Assembly: GCA_963816185.1 (NCBI GenBank)
Contig: CAWFJJ010000028.1
Location: 224,001-288,000 of the forward strand
From: Thermoanaerobaculia bacterium
Lineage (GTDB): Bacteria > Acidobacteriota > Thermoanaerobaculia > UBA5066
DNA: 64,000 nucleotides
Direction: 5' to 3'
Part shown: positions 32,211 through 43,477 of the stretch, one piece after another
Layout of the letters: each line of letters begins with the position of its first letter
Position numbering within the stretch: the stretch's first letter is position 1
Program-made: the position numbers and the translations under genes
Notes under the pieces: generated by a model
Told to the model about the DNA's origin: nothing
Databases searched by the model: none
What the model saw: only the letters and a program-made list of their open reading frames with translations

Positions 32211-33835
32211 ACGGACGCTCCCGCGATCGTACGGGCCGCGACGCGTCCCGTGAGGACGCAGCTTCCGAGGAACGTTCCCTCCAGAGACCCCAGGCCGTGG
32301 ATGCCGCCGCCGCCGAAGCCGGCCGCCTCGCCGACGGCGTAGAGGCCGCCGATGGCCGAGCCCTCGCCGGAGAGAACGCGGCAGCCGAGATCGGTCTGGA
32401 TGCCGCCGAGGCTCTTGCGCGAGAGGATGAACTCGCGAATCGCGATGAGGGGCATGGCGCCGGGGTCGAGGATCCTCTGGAACTTGCAGAGGCGAATCCG
32501 GTCTCCGCGATACTGGCGGAAGTTCCACAGGCGGCGGAGCTGGTCGTCGTTGAAGAAGGCCGGACCCCGGTCGATCTGGGCGTCGTAGTCGCGCACGACC
32601 TGTTCCACCGTCGCGAGGTCCGTGCGCAAGCCGTCGAGGTTGCGCGCGTTCATCTCGTCCACGAGCTTCGCCAGCGAGCGCGCCGTGACGATGTCGTCCG
32701 GGCATTCGCGCGCAAGGCGGTCGACAAGCTCCTGGTTTCCGAAGAGAAGCTGCTTCGCCATGAGGAGCTTTTTCTTGTGGCGGAACGCGGTCATGTAGTC
32801 GCACCCCGAGACCGCAAGCTCCTTTTTCGCGATTGCGTTGTTCAGGATCTGCCACGAGTACTGGCCGGGCTGTCGGAGAATGCTCTCGACGAGAAAGCGC
32901 GTGTCGGTCGAGCCGACGAGCGGCACGGGACCGATACGCTCACCGAGCGCATTCAGCCAGAGCGCCGAGCGGGGCGGGACGAGCGAAAGCCCGTCGTTCG
33001 GCTTGCGCCTTTTGGGATGGTGCACGCCGGCCGCGTAGTGCCATTGCTTGTCGAGGTGCGTGAGATTGCCGCCCGCGCGCGCGACCGCGTCGTGCATCAC
33101 GCCGTCTCCGAAAACGTGGGCGCCGTTGAGGAGGACCTTCGGAGGGGCGCCCCAGGGCGCGTACCAGTTCGCGCGCACTCTCGAGAGGTCTCCTCCGCAG
33201 ATCCCTCCGGTCGCGACCACGACGTGGTTTCCGCGCGCGACGAAGCGCACACCGGTGGAAAGGTCCGTGCCGACGAGCCCCGTGACGCGGCTGCCTGAAA
33301 CCTCGACGTCTTCCACGGCGTGCCGGAATCGGATCGTGTGGGAGGCCGACCGCGGGTGCGTGGCGAGCGCGCGGACGATCTGCTCGATGATGGCGTGTCC
33401 CGTGCCCCACGCGATGTGCCAGCGTGGGACCGTGTTGCCGGGTGTGTAGAGCCCCCGCTCGGGCCAGTTCACGACGGGCAGGAACTTCACGCCGACGCCG
33501 TCGAGGTAGGCGTGAATGAGATCGAGCGAGCGATTGCAATAGAGCTCCGCCCAGCGGCGCGGCCACGAGTCTTCTTCGCCGAAACGCGCGAACGAAAGCC
33601 AGTCGTGGAGGGCCAGCTCGGGCGAGTCGGCGATGCCGGACTTCTTCTGATGCGGCGTGCCGATGAGGTGGACGCCGCCGAACGACTCCTTGGCGAGCCC
33701 GCCGAGGTTCTCGGGCACGTCCCTGTCGAGGAGGAGGACGGACTTTCCGTGGCCGAGCAATTCGTGCGCGGCGACGAGCCCGGCGAGCCCCGCGCCCGCG
33801 ATGACGACGTCCGCCTCGAGGTGGTTCTCGGTCAC
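32207..33835 (-). CDS. FAD-dependent oxidoreductase (FAD-binding dehydrogenase)
   Basis: GAGLAG Rossmann motif, RKSLGG, GEAAGFGGGG, LEGTFLG. Confidence 0.9.
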   Translation of the reverse strand: MTENHLEADVVIAGAGLAGLVAAHELLGHGKSVLLLDRDVPENLGGLAKESFGGVHLIGTPHQKKSGIADSPELALHDWLSFARFGEEDSWPRRWAELYCNRSLDLIHAYLDGVGVKFLPVVNWPERGLYTPGNTVPRWHIAWGTGHAIIEQIVRALATHPRSASHTIRFRHAVEDVEVSGSRVTGLVGTDLSTGVRFVARGNHVVVATGGICGGDLSRVRANWYAPWGAPPKVLLNGAHVFGDGVMHDAVARAGGNLTHLDKQWHYAAGVHHPKRRKPNDGLSLVPPRSALWLNALGERIGPVPLVGSTDTRFLVESILRQPGQYSWQILNNAIAKKELAVSGCDYMTAFRHKKKLLMAKQLLFGNQELVDRLARECPDDIVTARSLAKLVDEMNARNLDGLRTDLATVEQVVRDYDAQIDRGPAFFNDDQLRRLWNFRQYRGDRIRLCKFQRILDPGAMPLIAIREFILSRKSLGGIQTDLGCRVLSGEGSAIGGLYAVGEAAGFGGGGIHGLGSLEGTFLGSCVLTGRVAARTIAGASV

Positions 33836-33894
33836 TCAGGGCCTTCCTCGGAATCTTATCCGGAATCGCGAGAGCGACTTCTAGAATCCCGCGC

Positions 33895-34686
33895 GTGTCC
33901 TCGAAGACGCGACGAGCGGAGAAAGGGATCCCGAGCGCGCTCGCGCGTTTTGGTTTCCTCGCGCTCGGAACCGTGTACGTCGTGATCGGCGGCCTCGCGG
34001 CGCGCGTGGCGATCCTCCAGAAGGGTCGCACCCTCGGGCCGGCCGGCGCGCTCGCGAAGATCCTCGAGGGATGGAACGGGCGCCTCGCCCTGTGGATCGT
34101 GGCCGCGGGCCTCCTCGCGTTCGTGCTCTTTCGCGCCGTCCAGTGCCTGAGAACGCGCAGCCGCCTCGCGCGGATCGGATACGCGGTCGGCGCGCTCGGC
34201 GGCCTGGTTCTCGCGTTTACCGCCGTGCGCATCGTTCTGCATTTTCACGCGGGTGGCGACGCCCAGACGCTTCGCGACGCCGCCGCCCGCCTGGTCTCTC
34301 ACCCCCTGGGGCGAGGCGCGCTCGAGGTCGGAGGAGCGATCGCCGTCGTCGTGGGCGTCCTCGAGGCCCTGCGGGCGGCCGTCGGGGTGCTGCCGGCCGA
34401 CTTCGCCGCGGCGATCATGGCCCGCGGCCGTAAGAGGTGGACCTCGGTGCTCGCACGCGTCGGCGTCCTCGCGCACGGCGCAGTCGTCGCCGTGACGGGA
34501 TATTCCATCTTCCGGGCGGGTCTCGAGGGGAATCCACGCGGTCTCACGGGCACGGCCGCCGCCCTCCGCACCATCAAACACGCGGAGAACGGGCCCGCGC
34601 TCTTCGCGCTCGTCGCCGCCGGGCTCATCGCGTACGGACTCTCGCTTTTCGTACTGGCGGCCCACCGGCTGAAACGCTCGCGCTGA
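33895..34686 (+). CDS. DUF1206-like membrane protein
   Basis: LARFGFLALGTVY and GLIAYGL repeats; TM helices. Confidence 0.75.
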   Translation: MSSKTRRAEKGIPSALARFGFLALGTVYVVIGGLAARVAILQKGRTLGPAGALAKILEGWNGRLALWIVAAGLLAFVLFRAVQCLRTRSRLARIGYAVGALGGLVLAFTAVRIVLHFHAGGDAQTLRDAAARLVSHPLGRGALEVGGAIAVVVGVLEALRAAVGVLPADFAAAIMARGRKRWTSVLARVGVLAHGAVVAVTGYSIFRAGLEGNPRGLTGTAAALRTIKHAENGPALFALVAAGLIAYGLSLFVLAAHRLKRSR

Positions 34687-34748
34687 AAGCACCGAGAGCG
34701 GCTCGGACCTGCTACGGGTGTACGCTTTCGAAGCGAAAGGAAGAGTTC

Positions 34749-36174
34749 ATGTCACGCCGGAGCTCTCTTCTCGGTATTCTGTGTGCGGTACTCGCGCTCC
34801 CCGCGGCGGCGGCTCCTCCCCAGCCGGCCGCGAAGAAGGCCGTCACCGAGGTCCAGCGCGACCTCTTCGAGGCCGCCCGGGGTGGCCACGCGGAGGATGT
34901 CGAAAGGACGCTCGCGGCGGGCGCGAAGGTCGACGGGCCGGACGAGCACGGGGTCACGGCGATCACGTATGCGATCGTCGCGAACTCTTTCAACGGGCGC
35001 GAAGTCATCCGGGCGCTGCTGAAAGCGAAGGCCTCGGTGAACGTGAAGAGCGACGACGGCAGGACACCGCTGATGTTCGCGGCCCAGAACGGGAAGAACG
35101 AGCACTTCGGCGACCTCCTCGCCGCCGGAGCCGACCTCAACGCCATGGACGACGACAACTGGACGGCGCTGATGTACGCGGCCTTCTACGGCTCCTCATT
35201 CGGCGTGAACGATCTCCTGAAGGCCGGCGCGGACCCGAAGGTCGAGGCCAAGGACGGGCAAACGGCGGTTCTGCTCGCCGCGCGGCACGGGAACTCGACC
35301 AGCCTCGAGGCTCTTCTGGCGGCCGGCGGCACCTTCGAATCCAAGGGACTCAAGCAGACGACGCCGCTCGTGCTCGCGGCGATCGGAGACGACCTTGAAA
35401 CGGTCGAGCGCGTCCTGAAGGCGAGGCCCGACGTGAACGGGAGGGACAAGGACGGATGGACCGCCCTGATGGTGGCCGCCGACCTGGGGAACACGGATAC
35501 CCTGATGGCTCTTCTCAGGGCCGGCGCCGACGTCACGCTTGAAGGAGAAGAAAGGCCTGACCGCGCTCGAAATCGCGAAGGAGGCCAGGTGCGAGGAATG
35601 CGCGGCGCTGCTTGGCGACAAATGGGAACGAAGACGGCCGGGCGGCGGTACGACGCTCTCGATTCCGTGCGACGCGCTCGCGGGCGAGCTGGACGTCAAC
35701 GTGAAGACCCGAGGCAGTGATCTCGTGTGGTCGCTCTTCTACCCGAAACCCGTCGGTGCGTATCTCGGCGGCTTCATCAACGGGGCGAAGAAGGTCTCGG
35801 CGGACGTCGAGATCTACCTGGACACGGACAACGACCCGAGGACGGGGCTTCCCGCCACGTCGGGCGTGTCGGGCGATCTCGGAACGGGCGGCGCCGAGTA
35901 CGTCATCAGCCTGATGGAGATCGGGACCACCGTCGGCAACGAGAAAGGCAAGAACGTCAACCGGCAGGTCCTCGACCCGTCGATCTCGAAAGGCGAAGAG
36001 CGGCTCGGCTCCGACGAAATGGGCGGTTGGTTCCCGAAGGTCGAGCGGGACGTCAACGCCGTTCGCCTCGCCGTGCCGCTGTCCGTGCTCGGCTTGAAGA
36101 ACGGCGCGGGGATCCGCGTCACCGTGCGTCCCGGCTTCTGCGCTCCGAAGAGCAAGATCGTGACGCTCTCCTAG
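34749..36174 (+). pseudogene. Secreted ankyrin-repeat protein, frameshifted near 35539
   Basis: Ankyrin repeats (GRTPLMFAA, WTALM); last repeat continues in another frame (LKEKKGLTALEIA); may be a sequencing error. Confidence 0.8.
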
Positions 36175-36219
36175 AAGCCGCTGCCTTTCTCCATTAGAGT
36201 TACCCCGACAGGAGGAACG

Positions 36220-38346
36220 ATGCGTCTCGTGTTTCGTTCGTTTTCAACGCTCTGCCTCGGCATTTTTCTCGCCCGCGCCGCCGTCGCCGCAAACCCGAAC
36301 CCTTTCTTCCAGAAGAGCACGCTGCAATACCAGGCCCCGCCGTTCGACAAGATCAAGGACGCCGACTACGCGCCGGCGATCGAAGAGGGGATGAAGCAGC
36401 AGATCGCGGAGATCGATGCGATCGCAAACAATGCGGCGCCGCCGACCTTCGCGAACACCCTCGAAGCGATGGAGCGCTCGGGCGAGCTCCTGACCCGCGT
36501 CACGAAAGTGTTTTTCAACCTCGCCGCGTCGAACACGAACGACGCGATGCAGAAGATCCGGGCCGAGGAGGCTCCGAAGCTCGCAAAGCACCAGGATTCG
36601 ATCTATCTGAACGCGAAGCTGTACGCGCGCGTGAAAGGGCTCTACGACAAGCGCGACGCGCTCGGGCTCGATCCGGAAAGCCGATTTCTCCTCCAGCGCT
36701 ATCACTTGAACTTCGTGCGCGCCGGCGCAGAGCTCGATCAAGCCGACCAGGCAAAGCTTCGCGCCCTGAACGAGGAAGAGGCGAAGCTCACGACTCAGTT
36801 CGCGGATTCCCTGCTCGCCGACACAAAGGCCTCGTCCGTCGTCGTCGCCGACAAGACCGAGCTCGCCGGCCTGAGCGAGGGGGACCTGGCTTCGGCCGCG
36901 GGAAGGGCGAAGGAGCGCGGACTCGGCGGCAAATGGGTCCTCGACCTCCAGAACACGACGCAGCAGCCCGTCCTCTCCTCGTTGAAGAACCGCGCCCTCC
37001 GGCAGCGAGTGCTCGAGGCCTCTGAGGCCCGCTGCGACCACGGCGGCCCCAACGACACGAAGGCGATCGTGGCGCGGCTCGCGCAGCTTCGCGCGCAGAG
37101 GGCAAAGCTGCTCGGATTCTCGACGCACGCCGCGTACATCCTGGACGACCGGATGGCGAAGACTCCGGACCATGCCCTGAAGCTCCTGACCGACATGGTT
37201 CCGGCGGCGACGACCAAGGCGAAGCGTGAGGCCGAGCGCATGCAGCAGGTGATCGACTCGGAAAAAGGCGGCTTCACCGTCGGACCGGCCGACTGGGAGC
37301 TCTACGCCGAGAAAGTGCGGAAAGCCGACTACGACATCGACGAGGCCGAGGTGAAGCCTTACTTTCCGCTGGACCGGGTGCTCCAGGACGGCGTCTTCTT
37401 CGCGGCCCACGAGCTGTATGGATTGACCTTCCGCGAGCGCAAGGATTTGCCCGTCTACGATCCCGATGTCCGCGTCTTCGAAGTCTTCGAGGCCGACGGG
37501 CGTTCGCTCGCCCTGTATTACGGCGACTACTTCCAGCGACCGAACAAGCGTGGCGGAGCGTGGGACGACAGCTTCGTCGATCAGAGCGCGCTGCTCGGAA
37601 CGAAGCCCGTCATCGTAAACGTGCTGAACGTCCCGAAGCCCGCCCCCGGGCGGCCCGCCCTTCTCTCCTTCGACGACGTCAAGGGTCTCTTCCACGAGTT
37701 CGGTCACGCCCTCCATGGCATGTTCTCGAACATCCGATATCCCACGCTCGGGGCGACGCCGAACGACTGGGTCGAGATGCCCTCACAGTTCAACGAGCAC
37801 TGGTCGCTGGAGCCGGCGGTTCTCAACCATTACGCGCGCCACTACAAGACCGGGAAACCGATCCCTCAGGCGCTCGTCGAAAAAATCCGGAAGACGAAGA
37901 CGTTCAACGAGGGCTACGCGACGACGGAGTACCTCGCGGCTGCGCTCCTCGACCTCGCGTGGCACACGCTTCCGGCCGATGCGCCGCCGGCCCAGGTCGA
38001 CGCGTTCGAGAAGGCCGCGCTCGAACGGTTTCACGTCGACCTCCCGCAGGTGCCGCCGCGGTATCGGACGACGTATTTCGCCCACATCTGGGAGGGCGGC
38101 TACTCCGCGGGCTATTACGCCTACCTCTGGAGCGAGGTGCTCGACGACGATGCCTACTACTGGTTCAAGGAGCACGGGGGAATGACGCGCGCCAACGGTC
38201 AGCGCTTCCGCGAGATGATCCTCTCACGGGAGGGCACGGCGGACGTCGCCGAGCTGTACAGGGCTTTCCGCGGGCGAGATCCGGTCGTTCAGCCGCTGCT
38301 CGAGGAGCGTGGGCTCGTCACGGCGCCGCCCACGAAGACCAAGTGA
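36220..38346 (+). CDS. M3 family metallopeptidase (Dcp-like)
   Basis: Signal peptide; KRGGAW, FHEFGHALH, VEMPSQFNE, YSAGYYAYLWSE. Confidence 0.93.
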   Translation: MRLVFRSFSTLCLGIFLARAAVAANPNPFFQKSTLQYQAPPFDKIKDADYAPAIEEGMKQQIAEIDAIANNAAPPTFANTLEAMERSGELLTRVTKVFFNLAASNTNDAMQKIRAEEAPKLAKHQDSIYLNAKLYARVKGLYDKRDALGLDPESRFLLQRYHLNFVRAGAELDQADQAKLRALNEEEAKLTTQFADSLLADTKASSVVVADKTELAGLSEGDLASAAGRAKERGLGGKWVLDLQNTTQQPVLSSLKNRALRQRVLEASEARCDHGGPNDTKAIVARLAQLRAQRAKLLGFSTHAAYILDDRMAKTPDHALKLLTDMVPAATTKAKREAERMQQVIDSEKGGFTVGPADWELYAEKVRKADYDIDEAEVKPYFPLDRVLQDGVFFAAHELYGLTFRERKDLPVYDPDVRVFEVFEADGRSLALYYGDYFQRPNKRGGAWDDSFVDQSALLGTKPVIVNVLNVPKPAPGRPALLSFDDVKGLFHEFGHALHGMFSNIRYPTLGATPNDWVEMPSQFNEHWSLEPAVLNHYARHYKTGKPIPQALVEKIRKTKTFNEGYATTEYLAAALLDLAWHTLPADAPPAQVDAFEKAALERFHVDLPQVPPRYRTTYFAHIWEGGYSAGYYAYLWSEVLDDDAYYWFKEHGGMTRANGQRFREMILSREGTADVAELYRAFRGRDPVVQPLLEERGLVTAPPTKTK

Positions 38347-38482
38347 GCGGGCAGACCGCGAGGGCTCACCTCCCGCCATTTTTCGTCTGATGCATTAGCA
38401 CTTTTCCCGACACTTCCCGGACATTGCATGTCCGAACCCCCCGCCAAACGCGGCGGAAGGGGAATTGCAGGCATCGGTCGAA

Positions 38483-41400
38483 ATGACCCGTGCGACCGCC
38501 GCTAGCCGCAGCGACAGTTTTTGCGCGTCCCGCATTCCCGTGACCAGGATCGTGTCAGGCACGGCACTTCTCGTGCTCCTGATCGCCGTGCCTTCGCGCC
38601 TGGAGGGCCAGTGCGCTTTGTCGGGCTCGCCGGTTTCGTTCGAACCGAATCCACCCGGCGCCGTAAGGCCCGGAACCCTGAGTAGCGGATTCAGCAACGG
38701 CCTCGTGCTCTATCAGCCCGGCGGCGGCGGTCCGTATCGGCTCCTCATGCAGGAGTCGTTCGGCTACTCGGTCCTCGACCTCACGACGCCGACGAACCCG
38801 ACGGCGCTCATCTACCACGACATCCGCTACCCGTTGGGCGGCCCCAACAGCGTCAGGCAGGCCGGCGACGGGCAGAACCTCGTTCAGACGATCGCCGTCT
38901 CTCCGGACGGGCAACGAGCGGCCTTCTCGATGACGGGCCTGTCGGCCACGATCCAGACGGCCGTCGGGAGTCCCAACGGCAGCGGCTTCACCCTGAGGGG
39001 GGATTTCTATCCCAAGCGTTCGAACAGCACGCTCGTCCAGCACGTCGGCAACCGGCACATCGCGTATGACATCCACCCGAACGTCGTGACGGCCTCGGAC
39101 GTCTCGATCCTGCCGGGAGGTTCGCTCACGGCTAACAACCTCGCCTACGAGATCACGACGTGGCTGGGCGGAGGCCGCGCGGTCCTGGCCGGGAATTACA
39201 TTCTCTACCAGATCACCGGCGCCATCCGGGTCATCGATGCGTCCCTTCCGGGACCTAGCGGAAACATCACGGCCTCTTACCCGCAGACGTCCATCACGAA
39301 CGCCGATTTTCCCGGCGGCCGCACGATCGCGAACTTCACGGCGGCCGTCGATCCGGCCGACGCGACGAAGCTCTGGGTCCTCGTGGAGCTGAACGCGCTG
39401 ACCGGCGAGAACTCGCCCAGCTACGGGCTTCTCTCCGTCACGAAGAGTGGCCTCGGAAAGGTCTCGGCCGGCCCGACCTGGCGAGTCCCGTCGCAGACGG
39501 GCGACGTGTGGCTGCCCGCGGGGATGGCCTCCGCGCTCATTCCGAACGGCGGCGACCTGTTCGTCCTGATGTGGGCGGCAAAACAGCAGCCGACGAGCCA
39601 GTTCCTCCTCTATTCGACGATGGCGGCCGCATGGGCGAGCGTGTCTCCGAGCTCGTTTCCCGTGAGCGGCACGACGTTCGCGCTCCCGGGGAGGACGGCG
39701 GGCTTCGGGGTAACGGGGACCAGCTCCGTTTACATGTACGTGCCCACGACGGTGTCGGCGTACGTGATCCCGATGTCCTGCGTCTCCATCAACTCGCCCG
39801 CCGTCACCTCGATGACCGTCGCCAACCAGGCGGGCGCAGCGCTCAACAGCGGCGACTCGGTATTTCTGGGCGACGAGATCACGATTACGCCGTCTCTCCG
39901 CCCGGCGCCGGTGAATCAGCCCCTGACCGGATTCGGCTGGAACTTCGACTTCGACTTCCACGCGGGTGCGTTGTCCGAGGACAACGGCGCCACCGTGTCG
40001 CCGCGCATCAAGGCACCGGACAACGGGGCGCTCGCGAACCCAGCGACCCCGCCGTCGCTGATCACGGTGGTCGGCCCCTGCGACCCTCAGGTAGGCGGGA
40101 CTACCCCCGGAAACGGCTCGGGCTGCTGGACTTCGGTGACGACGAACGGCGCGTTCGCGGGCGGCACGTCCGACTTCACCGCGCAAAGTCCGGTGGCGAA
40201 GGCCCTCACGTTCGCCTTCGAGGCGAACAACCGTCTCGGCAGCGCGGGTGCGAGTTTGTTCACACTGAACTGGAAGGTTCCGGCGGCGAAGCTCCAGTCG
40301 ACGCAGGTCCTGTCCGGCAGTCCCCTCGTGAGCGGCTCCGACGGCCACCCGACGGCCACGGGCTTCAAGTGGTACTTCGGCACCTCTCCGGCGACGCTCA
40401 CGCGGGCCTCCTGCCCGGGCTCGACGTGCGTGCCTCCTCCGGCCTTCGATACGAGGGGAACGTACTACTTACTGGCTCACGGCCTCCTACGCGAACGGCT
40501 ACGTGACACCGGACTACGCGGGAAGCGCGATGGGGACGTACACGATCGTCGACTTCACGCCGGCCTTCACGGTGAACGGCAGCGCGAGCGGCCCGATCAC
40601 GGCGATCACCAATCAAAGCCTGGCCGTGGTCAACAGCTCGCAGCGCGGCAGCGGGATCTCGGCGACGTACCAGTACAGCCTCTGCCTGATCCCCTGCGCG
40701 GACAGCTACCAGGCCTGGTCCGCGATGACCGACCCCTCGTCGACGTCCGGCTTGCCTCCGTCGTCGGCGACGATTCCGATCCCGGGGACGGCGGGGACCT
40801 ACGCTCTCAAGATCAAGGTGAATTACACCGGTGGGACGGCATACTGGCCGGATCCGGCAGGCGCCAACTTCTTCCCGGTAAACGCGGCGAGTCCCCTGGT
40901 CGTGACCGCGACCGTAGACCCCTCGACCGCGGTCGCCGGTCAGACCGTCACGTTCTCGTGCAGCGCGACCGGGGCCCTTCCGCCTTATTCCTACCAATGG
41001 CATTCACCCCTGTCGTTCGCCATCCCGGGAGCGACGCAGCCGACGTACACGACCACGTCCTTCACCGGGGGGAACGTCCAGGCCTACTGCTTCGTCACGG
41101 ATAGCCAGTCGATTCCCGCGCAGAGCAGCGCGAGCGCCACGGCGACGTTTACCCCGAGCACTCCCATCTCGGCAAGCGTATCCGTGAGTCCGAACCCCGT
41201 CGCGGTCAACCACCCCGTCACCTTCTCGTGCAGCCCGATCGGGGGCCTCCAGCCGTATTTCTACCAGTGGCGTTCGCCGCTTTCGTTCACGATACCGGGG
41301 GCAACCCAGCAGACCTACACGACGACGTCCTCGGCGGCAGGAAACGTCCAGGCCTGGTGCTTCGTCACGGACAGCCAGCCGGCCCCCGCGACGAGCAGCG

Positions 41401-41816
41401 GGACCGCGACGGCGACGTTCACCGCAGGCGGCCCCTATTCGTTCTTCGTGCTCGATCCCTGTCGCGTGCTCGATACGCGTAATCCCGCGGGCCCGCAGGG
41501 CGGTCCTGCAATCCAGCCGGCGGGCACGCCCGACCGTTCCTTTGCCGTGGCCTCTTCCTGCGGGATCCCGTCGGACGCCCAGGCGCTCTCCGTCAACGTG
41601 ACCGCGACCAATGCTCTCGCGTCCGGAGTCGCATCGATCTATCGGGGCGACGGCCAGCGTACGGGCACGAACACGGTCGCCTTTGTCGCCGGACGAACCC
41701 GGGCAAACAACGCGTTTCTCCAACTTGCGACGGACGGGTCCGGCACGATCAAGGTCCAGAACATCTCGCCGGGCGCTTTCGATTTGATCATCGACGTAAA
41801 CGGCTATTTCCGCTGA
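38483..41816 (+). pseudogene. Large secreted beta-rich/Ig-like protein, frameshifted near 40468
   Basis: Thr/Ser/Gly-rich; two internal repeats (VTFSC...YQW.SPLSF.IPGATQ.TY); C-terminal PCRVLDTR...IIDVNGYF domain; start uncertain. Confidence 0.7.
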
Positions 41817-41840
41817 TCAATTTGGGGAGGCAGGGCAGCC

Positions 41841-42113
41841 ATGAAGCGTCTTCTTGCGGCACTCCTTGTTCTCCTCCCACTGCCGCTGCTCGCGGGTCCC
41901 GGGATGGGCTACTATTTCGTACTGCCCGTCACGAGCGCGACCGGACAATTCGACACCTATTTCCGCACAGACGTGTCCCTGGTCAATCCCTACCCGTGGA
42001 AACCGATCACCGTGGAGTTGTTCTTCCTTGGAGCGGGGATGGACAACACCGACGCGCTGCCGGTTGCCGGGATCTGTTTCTGGATCGGACGGTCTCGGTT
42101 CGAAGCACGATGA
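41841..42113 (+). pseudogene. N-terminal fragment of a secreted protein, apparently truncated at the island edge
   Basis: Signal peptide plus VLPVTSATGQFDTYFRTDVSLVNP, then an unrelated-looking tail from ~42070. Confidence 0.5.
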
Positions 42114-42128
42114 GGTCGGCGCCGAGAG

Positions 42129-42689
42129 TCACGCCCCCTCCTCCCGCTTCAGGATTTCGTCCAGGTCCAGCACGCCGAGCTTCCGGCCGAGTTCTTCGAG
42201 GTCAACGTCGCTCAGGATGAGGGCGTTCCGCTCAAGGTCGACGGTGTACCAGCGCCCGAAATCTCGAAACGAACGGGAGCCCCTCGGGCAACGCCGAAGC
42301 CGTTCGCCGCGCTTCAGGAGTTTCCGATGGATTCGCAGCGCAAGGGCCGTCTCGCTGACCTTGCGCTTTGGGAAAGGCCTCTGCGCCTTCAGCCGTTCGA
42401 CTCCCTCTCGCATGACTCGCGTGCTTTCGCGTTCCTTCATGGGAGAACCTCCCGTCAGGTACGCGTCGCGTGCCGCCTTGAGTTCCTTCCGCTCGTTCCG
42501 CGCCGTCGCCGGGAGCTGCTCGATCAGCCACGGCACGAGTCCCTTCACGGCGGCCCGTTGACGCGAGAGCGGCAGGATCCCCCGGCTAAACACGTACTCG
42601 AGCAGGTCGTATGCCGCGATAACCCGCGGCCCCTTTATCGTCTTCTTCGCCGCCGCGAGTGCTTGGGCGAGTCGCTGTGCCTTGCTCAC
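42129..42689 (-). CDS. Hypothetical protein
   Basis: 186-aa ORF with plausible helical composition. Confidence 0.55.
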   Translation of the reverse strand: MSKAQRLAQALAAAKKTIKGPRVIAAYDLLEYVFSRGILPLSRQRAAVKGLVPWLIEQLPATARNERKELKAARDAYLTGGSPMKERESTRVMREGVERLKAQRPFPKRKVSETALALRIHRKLLKRGERLRRCPRGSRSFRDFGRWYTVDLERNALILSDVDLEELGRKLGVLDLDEILKREEGA

Positions 42690-42933
42690 GCGGCCGGCCT
42701 TCCGCGGCCGCGCTTCGGCGCCGGCCGCTTCGGCTTCTTCTTCATGCGGGTCATGCTACGCCCCGCGCAAGCATCGGCTGTAGGATCTGCGCGTGGCATG
42801 GATCTCCGGTATCACGGCGTTTTTCAAGAGCCCGTGGGGTGCGTGGCAGACACGGCGCCGCCCGCCGGTACGGCCGGCCCCACCGAGGGCAGCCAGGAGC
42901 GGCGAACGGGTAAGACGGGTGAGCGACTCGGAG

Positions 42934-43170
42934 ATGGCCAAATGTCTCTTCTGCGGTCGAACCGCGTCCAGGCGGACTCTCGCGGCGACGGTGCAGATCG
43001 ACTGTTCAGCCTGCGGGCCGTGCGAGGTGACCGTCGAAGCGCTGGGTCTCCTGCGCGCCGACGAGAACCTAAGGGAAGCGGTCCTGCGACAGATGCGGCG
43101 ACACCTTGACAACGGCGCCGAGAGGCCGCTCGTCAATCTCGAATTCATCCAGTCACTCAAAGGGCGCTGA
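42934..43170 (+). CDS. Small Zn-ribbon protein, paralog A
   Basis: CLFC...CSAC; paralog at 50688-50939 shares IDC..CG, LD.G..RP..NL and LKGR. Confidence 0.7.
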   Translation: MAKCLFCGRTASRRTLAATVQIDCSACGPCEVTVEALGLLRADENLREAVLRQMRRHLDNGAERPLVNLEFIQSLKGR

Positions 43171-43203
43171 CCGCCGCGCCCGCGCGAGAGGTGAAACCGG
43201 CTC

Positions 43204-43308
43204 ATGAGCGCCGGCTCTGCCCGTGAGTCCTTCACCCCAATCGGCTCGAATCTTCGGGACTACGACTTCTGCCGGGACTGCCGTCGATCGGCAGCTGCGA
43301 GCATTTGA
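43204..43308 (+). pseudogene. Truncated copy of the F.PIGSNL..CRDC small protein
   Basis: MSAGSARESFTPIGSNLRDYDFCRDCRR resembles 47505 and 50476 ORFs; ends next to the tRNA fragment. Confidence 0.5.
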
Positions 43309-43319
43309 CGGCTTGCGAA

Positions 43320-43365
43320 TGGAGCGGGTGATGGGGCTCGAACCCACGACATCCAGCTTGGGAAG
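43320..43365 (-). other. 3' half of tRNA-Gly(CCC), probable attachment-site remnant
   Basis: Minus strand CTTCCCAAGCTGGATGTCGTGGGTTCGAGCCCCATCACCCGCTCCA has anticodon loop, T-arm and CCA; 5' half absent. Confidence 0.8.
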
Positions 43366-43477
43366 GACCCCCAGGAATCATTGCCGCTCGTTGATGTAAG
43401 CGGATCAGTAACTTCGAGCGAGTGCACTACCGTCAACGAAGGCGAAAAAGGGTCAATCGAAGGCGAAACGGAACAGT

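Noticed and set aside
29169-32342. 1057-aa + strand ORF
   Set aside because: Antisense shadow of the YncE and TPP-enzyme genes, typical of high-GC DNA.
43320-43400. Intact tRNA-Gly gene
   Set aside because: 5' acceptor strand and D-arm are missing.
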